The notes under the pieces are model-generated. The model made no database searches and was not told the origin of the DNA. It was given only the letters and a program-made list of their open reading frames with translations. Positions 15,572 to 25,380 of a stretch of DNA of 32,000 nt are shown here, in pieces; position 1 is the stretch's first letter, and each line of letters opens with the position of its first letter. The stretch spans positions 60,001 to 92,000 of the forward strand of contig JAWLBH010000001.1 in the NCBI GenBank assembly GCA_041395025.1. The letters run 5' to 3'. The DNA comes from Chlamydiales bacterium (GTDB lineage: Bacteria; Chlamydiota; Chlamydiia; Chlamydiales; JAAKFR01). Position numbers and translations under genes: made by a program.

Positions 15572-16765
15572 TTATTTAAGAATATTCAATTCTTGACCCA
15601 CTATTTCAAAAGCTTGAATCGCTCGATCAAGATCTTTAGTAGTATGGGTAGCAGATATTTGAACTCTAACTCTTGCCATTTGTTGAGGAACAACAGGATA
15701 ACAGAAGCCTACAACATAAATTCCTTGCTCAAGCATTTTTTTTGCAAAAATTTGAGTTAGTCCTGTATCACCCAAGAGGATAGGAATGATTGGGTGATCT
15801 TTACCTACTAATTTAAATCCAAGACAATCCATTTTTTTACGAAAATAGTTTACATTTTTCCATAATTTTTGACGAAGTGTTAATCCTTCTTCTTCTAGTA
15901 TTTCAAAGCCTTTTAGGCTGGCAGCAGCAATATTCGGACAAAGAGTATTAGAAAAAAGATAAGGACGAGAACATTGTCTTAACCAATCGATAATTTCTTT
16001 TTTTCCACTTACATACCCCCCCGAAGCTCCTCCAAGAGCCTTTCCAAGTGTGCCTGTCATGATATCAATTCTATTCATGACATCAGCATATTCCTGGGTT
16101 CCACAACCATTGTTCCCGAGTAATCCAGTTGCATGACAGTCATCGACCATGATTAAAGCCTGATATTGATCAGCTAACTGGCAAATTGTTTTCAAATTCG
16201 CAATAATCCCATCCATAGAGAAGACTCCATCAGTTGCAATCATGCGAAAGCGGCAATTTTTAGCTTCTTTTAACTGCTTTTCTAAATCATCCATGTCGTT
16301 ATTTTTGTATCTAAAACGTTTGGCTTTGCAAAGACGTATCCCATCAATAATACTGGCATGATTTAACATGTCGCTAATGACAGCATCTTCAGGACCAAGC
16401 AGCGTTTCAAATAACCCACCATTCGCATCAAAACATGAGCTATATAAAATAGTCGCTTCTGTTTTGAGAAAATCGCTTATCTTTTTTTCAAGTTCGATAT
16501 GGACGGTTTGTGTGCCGCAGATAAAGCGAACAGAAGCTAAACCAAAGCCATATCTATCTAAACTTTCTTTAGCTGCTTTAATAATTTTTGGATGGTTAGC
16601 TAGACCAAGATAGTTGTTAGAACAAAAGTTAAGTATTTGGTTATGATCTATTAAATGAATAATGTTCTCTTGGGGAGAAGTAATGATTTGTTCATGCTTA
16701 TAGAGATTTTGATGACTTAATTCACCTAATTTTTGTTTTAAAAAATCTAAATAAGATTGTTCCAT
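15572..16765 (-). CDS. kbl: 2-amino-3-ketobutyrate CoA ligase (glycine C-acetyltransferase)
   Basis: 397-aa ORF. NFCSNNYLGLANHP, ASVRFICGTQ, YSSCFDANGGLFETLLG, NHASIIDG.RLCKA, ATDGVFSMDG, TGTLGKALGGASGGY (PLP lysine), as in E. coli Kbl. kbl-tdh pairing. Confidence 0.93.
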   Translation of the reverse strand: MEQSYLDFLKQKLGELSHQNLYKHEQIITSPQENIIHLIDHNQILNFCSNNYLGLANHPKIIKAAKESLDRYGFGLASVRFICGTQTVHIELEKKISDFLKTEATILYSSCFDANGGLFETLLGPEDAVISDMLNHASIIDGIRLCKAKRFRYKNNDMDDLEKQLKEAKNCRFRMIATDGVFSMDGIIANLKTICQLADQYQALIMVDDCHATGLLGNNGCGTQEYADVMNRIDIMTGTLGKALGGASGGYVSGKKEIIDWLRQCSRPYLFSNTLCPNIAAASLKGFEILEEEGLTLRQKLWKNVNYFRKKMDCLGFKLVGKDHPIIPILLGDTGLTQIFAKKMLEQGIYVVGFCYPVVPQQMARVRVQISATHTTKDLDRAIQAFEIVGQELNILK

Positions 16766-16766
16766 T

Positions 16767-17450
16767 TCAAATATCCTTTGTTTCTAATAAATTTCCATCA
16801 CATAGAATAAGTGTTCTATCGCATAAATCGGCAAGTAGTTTGTCATGAGTAACAACAACTAAGGATTTTTGTAATGTTTTGACAGAATCAAGAAGAATTT
16901 CATGAATTCGATTTGATGTTTTATAGTCAAGATTGCCTGAAGGTTCATCAGCAAGTACAATTTCTGGATTATTGCAAAGTGCACGAGCAAGAGCAACACG
17001 TTGCTTCTCTCCTCCTGAAAGCAATTTTGTTGTAAATTCTGCACGATGAGTGATTTGCATTTTTTCCATTAAAAAATATGCATATTCGTAGGCTACACTT
17101 TTTTTATGAATTGGATCGCCCCCAATCAAAGGGGGCATTAAAATGTTTTGTAAGACAGTGTAATCCTCTAGTAAGTGAAAACTCTGAAAAACAAATCCAA
17201 TATGACGATTACGTAAAATGGAAAGAGGGTAGTTAGCAACGGATTTGCCAGCAATCATTAATTCTCCAGAGGTTGGAGCTTCTAATGTACCAAGGATTTG
17301 GAGCAAAGTGCTTTTGCCTTCTCCCGAGGCACCCATAATTGCTATACTTTCACCAGGATTTACAATTAAAGAGACATTTTTTAATAAGTCTATTTTAGTT
17401 GGATGGTAGAAAGTCTTACGGATTTTTTTTGCATACAATATCGGTGTCAA
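16767..17450 (-). CDS. lolD: Lipoprotein-releasing system ATP-binding protein (LolD-type ABC ATPase)
   Basis: GASGEGKSTLL, LSGGEKQRVALARAL, VLADEPSGNLD, VVTHD. Sits 1 nt after the FtsX-family permease gene. Confidence 0.8.
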   Translation of the reverse strand: MTPILYAKKIRKTFYHPTKIDLLKNVSLIVNPGESIAIMGASGEGKSTLLQILGTLEAPTSGELMIAGKSVANYPLSILRNRHIGFVFQSFHLLEDYTVLQNILMPPLIGGDPIHKKSVAYEYAYFLMEKMQITHRAEFTTKLLSGGEKQRVALARALCNNPEIVLADEPSGNLDYKTSNRIHEILLDSVKTLQKSLVVVTHDKLLADLCDRTLILCDGNLLETKDI

Positions 17451-17451
17451 T

Positions 17452-19548
17452 TTACTCAGCTTTTAAAATTTCTGAAGGACGAATACGAGCGGCTTTAATC
17501 GCAGGAGTAATGCCTGCTAAAAGAGAAATTACCATTGTTGCAAGGATCACAAATAGAAGTGAAGCAAAACTTAGCTCATTTGGTAGCTGTGCTCCGTAAA
17601 AAATCGATTGAAAGGCTTCGTGTCCTTGTAACAGACTTAAAAAATTCACAAGTGACTGTAAGTAATGGAGTGTAATAATTGCTGCAATACTACCAATTAC
17701 ACAGCTGATGAGTCCCATGAAAAATCCACACATTCCAAAAATTGCTGCAATACGCTTAGGAGAGGTTCCTAGGGATTGTAAAATTCCAATTTCATGTTTC
17801 TTATCATTTACTAAAAGAATGAGCATTGAAATGATATTAGAACAAGCGACTACTAAGATAATAATCGCAATTAACGTAAAAAGATTTTTGTCACTTTCTA
17901 ATTGCTGAAGAATAGGTTTTGCAAAGTCATAGTCCTCAAAAGATTGTACATTCCAATATTTTTCAATTTCTCTTGATTCTAGATTATGGATCAGTTGATT
18001 TTTCACTGATTTTGCTTTTGAAATATCGTTTAACCAAATGTTAATTCCATTTCCTAACATTGTATCAGATACAGATAAGTTTCCTCTTAGAAGAGGCACG
18101 AGGTTAGGATCAGCAAAAAGTAGTTTATTACCTATTGGTGTCATTCCTGGATCATAAAAACCAGCAACAAAAACTGGGATTCTCTGTTCTTGGACAGAAG
18201 TTGCTGTTGGTGTGTAATAACAAAGGTGACCTTGGTCACCAATACACACACCACTATTTTGGAATTGTTTCGCTATAAGGATACCATCTCCAAAAAAATC
18301 GTCTTTTGGAATAAGAATCTTTCCATTTTTATCGCTATGCAACCATAGAGGAGGAGACAGATCCAAATTCTCCTCAAGATAAGCTTCACTGATTTCAAGA
18401 TTATTATAGAAAGTGGTGCCTTTAAGCACTGTTCCTTGAATATTTCCAGTAATTTCAAATTTTAGAGAAGAAAGAGAATTTGCTTTTTCGATTGAAGTGG
18501 GTACAAGTTTAGCATGAAAAGGGATGTGATCATTCAAAACTAACTGAACAGATGGGGAGGCAATTAAATCACTAGCAATATGCATTTGTTTTTGATCAAA
18601 AATCACCCTTGCTTCCATCGTTTCGAAACCAAATGCTTTTAAACGAGCATTAAGCATTTCAATCTCTTGTTTATTTTCTGGGATGACTACTTTTCGGATT
18701 TCATTGTGATGAATAATCCCAACTCCTTCAAAGAATCCATCTTCTGGGAAAAAAGCTGGATAGAGAATAAATCCATCTTCATTTGTAGATAATTTTGTGA
18801 TAACAATATGTGAAAAAAATTTTTTTAAGTTCTTAGTTAAAAAAGCGGAATTTCTGTCATGATATAGAGCAGTGTCATCAATTAAAGGACTTTGTGCATA
18901 GGATAACTTATTAAGCAGGTTATTGTAATCTTCGTTTCTAAAAGGAATAAGCATTTGCTTTAACCTCGTATTAGAAGCATCGTGAGAAACGACATATGAA
19001 GCTTGATTAACAAAAGCTTGATAATGATCGTTGTGACCAAATTTTTCTCTAATTAAATTTAGACGCAAGTTACCAAAAGACACCTCATATTCTTGAGGAC
19101 GAATTTCATTTAATGGATTGAGTATTTTAATTGCTTCCCATCCTTCTTTAACTGGATCTTTCAGTGACCCATCAAGATGACGCTCAGGAGGAGGAAAATC
19201 ATAAGGCAGTTCAATATCAACTGTGGGATCATAAGGATTGCTCTGATGAGCAATAAGTTTTTCACCAATTGTTTTAGAATTATAATTTGAATCGAGACTG
19301 ATTTCATCAATCTGATAGTAATAAGAACGATAGTAAGCATCTGTTGGAGTCATTCGAATCGGCGCATTAAAAGCCACTAATTGCTCCACCCATTTTTTTT
19401 CAATCCCTTCGGTCACAGAAAGAAAAAGAATTACTAACCAAACAACTAAAGAGATCACGAGAACAGAGACAAGAGAAATAATCGAGCCTGAAAGCTGTCG
19501 CGATCTGGGAACTAGATATTTTAAAGCGACAGTCAATAAAAAACGCAC
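17452..19548 (-). CDS. LolC/E-type (FtsX/MacB family) permease with greatly enlarged periplasmic domain
   Basis: 698-aa ORF with GTG start. TM1 at aa 21-45, then about 510 aa of non-hydrophobic sequence. C-terminal FtsX module with three helices (aa 556-580, 601-627, 660-680) and the terminal PAIKAARIRPSEILK. Confidence 0.8.
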   Translation of the reverse strand: MRFLLTVALKYLVPRSRQLSGSIISLVSVLVISLVVWLVILFLSVTEGIEKKWVEQLVAFNAPIRMTPTDAYYRSYYYQIDEISLDSNYNSKTIGEKLIAHQSNPYDPTVDIELPYDFPPPERHLDGSLKDPVKEGWEAIKILNPLNEIRPQEYEVSFGNLRLNLIREKFGHNDHYQAFVNQASYVVSHDASNTRLKQMLIPFRNEDYNNLLNKLSYAQSPLIDDTALYHDRNSAFLTKNLKKFFSHIVITKLSTNEDGFILYPAFFPEDGFFEGVGIIHHNEIRKVVIPENKQEIEMLNARLKAFGFETMEARVIFDQKQMHIASDLIASPSVQLVLNDHIPFHAKLVPTSIEKANSLSSLKFEITGNIQGTVLKGTTFYNNLEISEAYLEENLDLSPPLWLHSDKNGKILIPKDDFFGDGILIAKQFQNSGVCIGDQGHLCYYTPTATSVQEQRIPVFVAGFYDPGMTPIGNKLLFADPNLVPLLRGNLSVSDTMLGNGINIWLNDISKAKSVKNQLIHNLESREIEKYWNVQSFEDYDFAKPILQQLESDKNLFTLIAIIILVVACSNIISMLILLVNDKKHEIGILQSLGTSPKRIAAIFGMCGFFMGLISCVIGSIAAIITLHYLQSLVNFLSLLQGHEAFQSIFYGAQLPNELSFASLLFVILATMVISLLAGITPAIKAARIRPSEILKAE

Positions 19549-19551
19549 CGA

Positions 19552-19713
19552 TTATTTTGCCTCTTTAAAAATCACATGACGACGTAATAAAGGATCATAC
19601 TTTCTTAATTCTAAACGTCCAGTCACCTTTTTTTTATTTTTTGTAGTCCAAATTGTCTCTGTACTTTCTGTACTTTTCAATTTGATAATTTCACGGTTTT
19701 TACGTTTCGCCAT
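19552..19713 (-). CDS. rpmG: 50S ribosomal protein L33 (Cys-less form)
   Basis: Not in the ORF track (53 aa). My translation is [53 protein letters not shown], which fits the L33 pattern (TTKNK....rLEL.KY.P....H..fKE.K). Its stop is 3 nt before the lolC/E start. Confidence 0.9.
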   Translation of the reverse strand: MAKRKNREIIKLKSTESTETIWTTKNKKKVTGRLELRKYDPLLRRHVIFKEAK

Positions 19714-19887
19714 TGTTGAAATCCTCAGTTAAAATTAATCCTTTATAAGGAAGAAAAATTTTAAAGAAAAGCTATTTATTCTTCAAGAAAAATGAATCTC
19801 TACCCAGATAGGAAATTCATTAAATAAAGCGATCAATTTAATGATTTAATTAGCAAAATATTATGAGTTTATGGTATACACAATTGC

Positions 19888-22800
19888 ATGAATAATATTC
19901 ATATTAATCTTGATGGAATTATAAAAGAAAATCCACAATTAATTAAAAATGATACTAATATTATAGAAATAAATAATGAGAATTATCTTAAATACATAGA
20001 TGCTAAATTTAATCATAATGCGGTATCTATTAGGGATATTGATGAAAATCTTGAGCAATTTGAAGCAACAAGATATTCCTTAAAACGACTGAAAACAGTT
20101 AAAAAAATAATTTCTGTTTTTAAATTTATCCTTTCTCTTCTTATTCCTTTATCTATGTTTTATTGTCCCTCATGGGTTTCATGGGGAATGGCTCTTCCAA
20201 TCCTCCTAATTCTTGGTGTTATAGAAGCAAAAATTCATGGCAATATCACGATTAAAGAGCAACACCATCAGGTTTTAATTTTAGCGCGCAAAATGCTAGA
20301 AAACCATTCATTTAAAAATTTTTTATTACCATTAGGGGTTTGGAATTTACCTCCTAAAGAGTCAGTTTTAAAGATCAATAGCTTGATGGAGCATTTAAAA
20401 GAAAATGATGAGCACTCTCTTAGTCAAATCGATCGGCTGAGATTTCATTTGAATTTAGATGATCAACCTACGATGGATTTTTACGCTGCGCAGCAGATTA
20501 CTAAGAGCTTTAATTACGATACACATTGGACAAAAGCACGTCAGAAAGTCATTGAAGCAAAAAAGTATTTAGATAGCACTAATGTAGAAAGTTACAAAAA
20601 AAAGATAGTAGAAGGAAATCAAATAGGTTTTTTTGCGGGATTTGTTAGAAAAGATCCTTATCTTCATCAACAAATCCCTTCTGTAGAAAATCAAGTATGC
20701 AAGTTTGTTTGGCGATATAACTCTTATGTGACTCACGCAAATTATGCTAAGGAGAGTTATTGTTTAGCATCAGATTTATTTAAAGAAGAATTAGAGAATT
20801 TTGGAGAATCTTTTGATACAAGATGGAAAAGTTATCAGAAAGAAGATGAGAGATTCAATACTCACGTCGATGAATTTTTAGAAATACTTAAAAATCAGAA
20901 AACATGGGTAGATGCAGCTTTTTTTATCCAGAAACATGATTTGGCTGTGTCACTTGAAAAAGTATTTGAAAAAGCACGTAATTTAAATTCAGAACTTAAG
21001 AAAAAAATAGAAAATCATCCTTTGAAATTGATTGAATCATATCATAATGAACTTGAACAACTTCAATCAAGGATCCTTAGTGCTTCTGATAGCGAAAAAG
21101 TGAAGGACTGGATTGATAATCATCCAACAGGTTCGGTAATTCAAATATCAGATGATTTTCGTCAAGATTCAACTATTTTTGATTGGATACAAGCCTATCA
21201 AGATACTGGTGAGACATCTTTAACAAAGATCTATGAACAAAATACCCTAAGATGTGCTCTCTATCAAAGAGCAAAAGAAGAAATCAATAACATCAATCAA
21301 GAAACTTCTTTTAAAGAACTATCTGCTCAAGTGTCTCAATTTGAAAAAAATCAGATGAAACCTTTAAGAAGGCAGATGCGTCACTATTTTCACTCATTTT
21401 TGAAACGTTTTTGGAAAGAAATTTTTCATAAAGAACCTGTTCAATATTTTGAATTTACTCCTTTAAGTAGTCAAACAACTGAATTTGAAAAATTTAGGAG
21501 AATTCAAGAAATCAATATTAATGCAGCTTTAAAGACAATTCACCGCATAGAATTTAGGAAAAAAATAATTAAAGAGGTTGGTCTTCAATGGGTTGCAGTC
21601 ATTGTACTAATGATTGTTGAATCAGTTTTTTCGTCATCTCTATGGGTGACTTTAGGAATGACTATTTCGTTTCCCTTAATCGAAGGTATTGGACGCTACT
21701 TAGATTATCGTTTAAAAAAAATCAAAACAAATCAGTTAAATTTGAAAATGCAAGTGCTTTTAAAAGATTATGTGGATTTAAAACGCATTCCTGGATCCTG
21801 CTCAAGTCTTCAACAACTCAAGAATGTTCAATTCAAATATCATTTAGAAAATGTAAATTTAACATGGGCAAAATCTCTTACTCAAGAAAACGATGCTCTT
21901 TTTATTCCCCAGTCTCTAGAAGAAGGAAAAATATTCTGCAGAAAATTGCTAAATGAAAGTAGAGAGAAAGCGACTACCTTTATAAATAAACGTTGCTTAG
22001 CTTTGAAAAGAGATCTTAGATTAATGCAAAAAAGACAAGAAACAGAAGAAGTTAAAGAGAAAATTCGCGAGATTAAATCGCAAATTAATCTACTAGAGAT
22101 AGAGAAACTGAAGGAAAATAAAATTGACACTTCGACTAAAAAAGCTGAAAAAGAAGAAGAGCAACGAATTGCAAGTCATTATATATTAAGGGATAACAAT
22201 GTTACAAATCGAATTGAAATGGAAAAAATCCTTGATGAAGCCTATGAGCAGAAAATGGGTCTTCAAGAGCGAGAAAGACAACTAAATCATTTTAGAAACC
22301 AAATCAATCGAATAGAAGAGAAAAAACATCGACTTAAAGAGCAGAAAGATGCGGATCCAAAGAGCAGTAGTGAAATTGATTTATTTGGGTATCAGCAAGC
22401 TAATGATTATTTAGAATATTTATCTAACCATCCTAGATTAAATCCAAAACTCATTGATTCATATGGATACTTACTCAAAGTACAAGAGACTGCTCTTTTC
22501 CTGCCTAAGTATCAAGAAGCAATTCAGAGCTTAGAAAAGGCATCTGAAAACTTTGCTGATTTTCAAAGTGTCTATGATCTAAAAAAGTTAGATCCTTTTA
22601 AAAACATGATCCAAAAACTCTATGAGTGTCAACACAATATTCAGCAATGGGAATTTTCAATTATGCGAATTGATTACAATGCGATTCCAGGGTTTGATTT
22701 CTCAACGAAGCAAAATGATGTGAATAATCTAAAAGAAACAGTAAGTAATTTAGCACACAAATTAACAGAAAGCTTAGAAATAATTCTAAAAAATCTTAAG

Positions 22801-23262
22801 CGAGAAGAAAAAATCAGTGAAATTATTATTGCAATAGAACAACAAAAAGAAGCTATTGCATCAGCAAAATCTAATCTGGCTCTTACTAAAAATGTGTTCG
22901 AAACGTGCCAGTATCGTGAAAGTGTTCTTCCTTGGGATTTGCTTCAAAACAATCTAAGGTATCTAAAGAAAAATCTAAACCTTGCAAGAAGAAAACTTGC
23001 TGAAAAGATTTTTGAAAAAATTGACTCTAATTCTCATCCACCAGTTAGTTTAATAGAAAATTATAGGAAAGAGATGGATACAATAAAAAAAGAAGTAAAA
23101 GACAATTATGATTTAATTTTAAAGGAAATGGAACAAGGGGAAAATAAAACTTTTATCTCAGAACGAATATCTATGTATTCTAGAAAGATAAAAGAAGTAA
23201 TTGATCAAGAAATGCAATTAGTAACTGCTATTGAAAAATCTGAAAAATTTCTGGAGATTTAA
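19888..23262 (+). CDS. Large hypothetical coiled-coil protein with two transmembrane-hairpin modules (Inc-like candidate)
   Basis: 1124-aa ORF. Bilobed hydrophobic segments at aa 74-113 and aa 565-600. The rest is K/E/Q/L-rich with a heptad-like character. No signal peptide. Confidence 0.7.
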   Translation: MNNIHINLDGIIKENPQLIKNDTNIIEINNENYLKYIDAKFNHNAVSIRDIDENLEQFEATRYSLKRLKTVKKIISVFKFILSLLIPLSMFYCPSWVSWGMALPILLILGVIEAKIHGNITIKEQHHQVLILARKMLENHSFKNFLLPLGVWNLPPKESVLKINSLMEHLKENDEHSLSQIDRLRFHLNLDDQPTMDFYAAQQITKSFNYDTHWTKARQKVIEAKKYLDSTNVESYKKKIVEGNQIGFFAGFVRKDPYLHQQIPSVENQVCKFVWRYNSYVTHANYAKESYCLASDLFKEELENFGESFDTRWKSYQKEDERFNTHVDEFLEILKNQKTWVDAAFFIQKHDLAVSLEKVFEKARNLNSELKKKIENHPLKLIESYHNELEQLQSRILSASDSEKVKDWIDNHPTGSVIQISDDFRQDSTIFDWIQAYQDTGETSLTKIYEQNTLRCALYQRAKEEINNINQETSFKELSAQVSQFEKNQMKPLRRQMRHYFHSFLKRFWKEIFHKEPVQYFEFTPLSSQTTEFEKFRRIQEININAALKTIHRIEFRKKIIKEVGLQWVAVIVLMIVESVFSSSLWVTLGMTISFPLIEGIGRYLDYRLKKIKTNQLNLKMQVLLKDYVDLKRIPGSCSSLQQLKNVQFKYHLENVNLTWAKSLTQENDALFIPQSLEEGKIFCRKLLNESREKATTFINKRCLALKRDLRLMQKRQETEEVKEKIREIKSQINLLEIEKLKENKIDTSTKKAEKEEEQRIASHYILRDNNVTNRIEMEKILDEAYEQKMGLQERERQLNHFRNQINRIEEKKHRLKEQKDADPKSSSEIDLFGYQQANDYLEYLSNHPRLNPKLIDSYGYLLKVQETALFLPKYQEAIQSLEKASENFADFQSVYDLKKLDPFKNMIQKLYECQHNIQQWEFSIMRIDYNAIPGFDFSTKQNDVNNLKETVSNLAHKLTESLEIILKNLKREEKISEIIIAIEQQKEAIASAKSNLALTKNVFETCQYRESVLPWDLLQNNLRYLKKNLNLARRKLAEKIFEKIDSNSHPPVSLIENYRKEMDTIKKEVKDNYDLILKEMEQGENKTFISERISMYSRKIKEVIDQEMQLVTAIEKSEKFLEI

Positions 23263-23296
23263 AATCTCTATTAAATACAAAAGTCATCAAAGGAAC

Positions 23297-23322
23297 GGAA
23301 GATCGTACTTGAAAGATCTTCC
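23297..23322 (+). terminator. Possible terminator hairpin after the 1124-aa ORF
   Basis: GGAAGATC-N10-GATCTTCC (8-bp stem), 35 nt after the stop. The downstream tail TTAGGGTTC is only weakly U-rich. Confidence 0.3.
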
Positions 23323-23424
23323 TTAGGGTTCAATGAGTTTCCTATTTAAGGATAGAATTTAAATTATTGCTTCTTTTGAATTAAGAGCAACACTTATCTA
23401 AAGTAATTCAAGGAAGTGTTTTTT

Positions 23425-25380
23425 ATGGAAAAAAATCCCCTTCTTGTTCATGAAACAACTGTTAAGTCTGGAAGAGACTTAGACACTGAATCTGTTGTAT
23501 CTAATAAAGACTCCAATGACCAATCTGCTCAAAGATTATGCAAAGAAGCTGAGGTTTTATTTCAATATGGGGTAGCAAAAAAGAAAGAATTCCCCCTATT
23601 ACTTGCTTTTGATAAATTGATAAGAGCAAAAGAAATAGATCCTCTTCTTTTTGTAGAAGAAGTAATATGGCATCAGCTTCGAGGTCAAATTCTTTTTTAT
23701 CTAGGCTACTGCTTTCAAAACTATAGCTTTTTAGGAAAATCTTTTAAACCTTATGCAGAGATAAATGAGTTACATCATCAAGATAAGAATTTAGTATGGG
23801 ACTATGCTCAATTTTGGACTTTCATAGCTATACAATCAGGTGAAAAAGCTGATTTGACGCAAGCATTAAGCAGTTTTTCTGCTGCAGCTAGATTAGGCTG
23901 TGATTCATCTCTTTTCTATATTGATTGGGCCATTGCTTATATAATTTGTAGTTCTTATACAGGTAACTCATTATACTTAAACGAATCGTGTTTTTTATTA
24001 AAGAAAGTAATCAGAGAAAATTATGATATGAAAGGTGTAAACAATTCTATTTATGGACATGCTTACAAAATTTATGCACATGCTTTGAAGAAATATTATT
24101 ATAACACTCATTTAAAAAAAACATTAGAAGACGCTGATATTTCTTTACGTGAAGTCACGCTTCTGTTTCCCTCACAGTCAGACCTTTGGCTAGAATGGGG
24201 AGAACTTTATTTACATGCTGGTTGGATTGACTGCGATTTAAAAATGATAGAGATGGGGATAGACAAACTCACTTCCTTAACATTGAAAGAAGTGACTTCT
24301 ACTCGACTAACAGCTTTGTTAGGGAAAGGTTTAGTTATATTAGGATTATACCTTGATGATCTAAAACCGATGAGTCAAGGTAGAGAACGTATACTAGCTA
24401 CTTTAGAAAGCAGCCCAGAAGATCTGGATCTATTAAATAGTGCAGGAATGGCTGAATTGACTTATGGAATCTATTTTTCTAGCAAAAAGCACTATGCTAA
24501 TGCTATCTATTGGTTTAAAAAAGGAATAGGAATAGACTCTACTTCAGTTTGTAATTGGCATGGACTTTTTCAAAGTTATTTAGGTTTAGGATTTTTAGAA
24601 AAAAATCTTTTTTTCACTCATAAGGGCTTAACAGCAATTAAAAGAGTTTGTAAAATGCGGCCTCAATCAGCAATTTATTTAAATGATTTAGGCCTTTGTC
24701 TTCTTCAGTTAAATCAGTTTGAAAATTGCAAAAACACCCAATCTTCTCTCTTAGAGGAGGCTATTTTACATTTTACAAGATCCTATGCTATCGATAGTCG
24801 TTCTGAAACTCTATATAACTGGGGGCATGCTCTTAGCTGCTTAGGGAGTCTTTCTGAAGCAATAGAAGATTATGAGAAGGCTCTTGATATTCTCTCCTCT
24901 GCTTATCGGATGAATCCTGAGAAATCCAATGTTTCTTATGAACTTGCCATTGTGCTATTTCGCTTAGGAAAGTTATTAAAAAAAACAGATTATCTGTATG
25001 AATCGATTAAATTATTAGAACCTCTTGCTAATAGTCATATTGAAGATGAAGTGGTTTGGGGAGATTTAGGATATATTTTGTTAACTCTTTCAGAACTCAT
25101 TTCTGATGAAAATCATCCTTTTAAAAGAGAAGATCTTAGACAACAAGCTGAAAAACGACTTCATCATGCAGTGCGAATGGGAAATCGAGAGGCGAATTAT
25201 CACTTAGCTAGTTTATATTCTCTAGCTCGTTTATTTGAATCTTCTATCTTTTTTCTTAAGCGAGCTCATGCTTTTAAAGTTCTACCTAATGAAGATGATT
25301 TGATTCATAATGCTTGGCTAGACAATCTTCGTAAGACTGATATTTTTAAAGAATTTATGAAAGGACAATCTGATGGTTGA
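23425..25380 (+). CDS. TPR/Sel1-like repeat protein
   Basis: About 651 aa from ATG 23425 (AGGAAG upstream; the ORF track starts at GTG 23416). Repeated helical-pair motifs, e.g. YNWGHALSCLGSLSEAIEDYEKALDI and LHHAVRMGNREANYHLASLYSLARLFESSIFFLKRA. Confidence 0.7.
   Translation: MEKNPLLVHETTVKSGRDLDTESVVSNKDSNDQSAQRLCKEAEVLFQYGVAKKKEFPLLLAFDKLIRAKEIDPLLFVEEVIWHQLRGQILFYLGYCFQNYSFLGKSFKPYAEINELHHQDKNLVWDYAQFWTFIAIQSGEKADLTQALSSFSAAARLGCDSSLFYIDWAIAYIICSSYTGNSLYLNESCFLLKKVIRENYDMKGVNNSIYGHAYKIYAHALKKYYYNTHLKKTLEDADISLREVTLLFPSQSDLWLEWGELYLHAGWIDCDLKMIEMGIDKLTSLTLKEVTSTRLTALLGKGLVILGLYLDDLKPMSQGRERILATLESSPEDLDLLNSAGMAELTYGIYFSSKKHYANAIYWFKKGIGIDSTSVCNWHGLFQSYLGLGFLEKNLFFTHKGLTAIKRVCKMRPQSAIYLNDLGLCLLQLNQFENCKNTQSSLLEEAILHFTRSYAIDSRSETLYNWGHALSCLGSLSEAIEDYEKALDILSSAYRMNPEKSNVSYELAIVLFRLGKLLKKTDYLYESIKLLEPLANSHIEDEVVWGDLGYILLTLSELISDENHPFKREDLRQQAEKRLHHAVRMGNREANYHLASLYSLARLFESSIFFLKRAHAFKVLPNEDDLIHNAWLDNLRKTDIFKEFMKGQSDG

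Noticed and set aside
21642-22130. 104-aa (+) and 82-aa (-) ORFs inside the 1124-aa ORF
   Set aside because: They are alternative frames of a K/E-rich coiled-coil region. The long main frame is a far more parsimonious explanation.
23263-23415. Mg2+ (M-box) riboswitch upstream of the TPR-mgtE pair
   Set aside because: The spacer is short and AT-rich. I could not recognise the conserved multi-helix M-box core. A covariance-model scan would be needed to exclude it formally.
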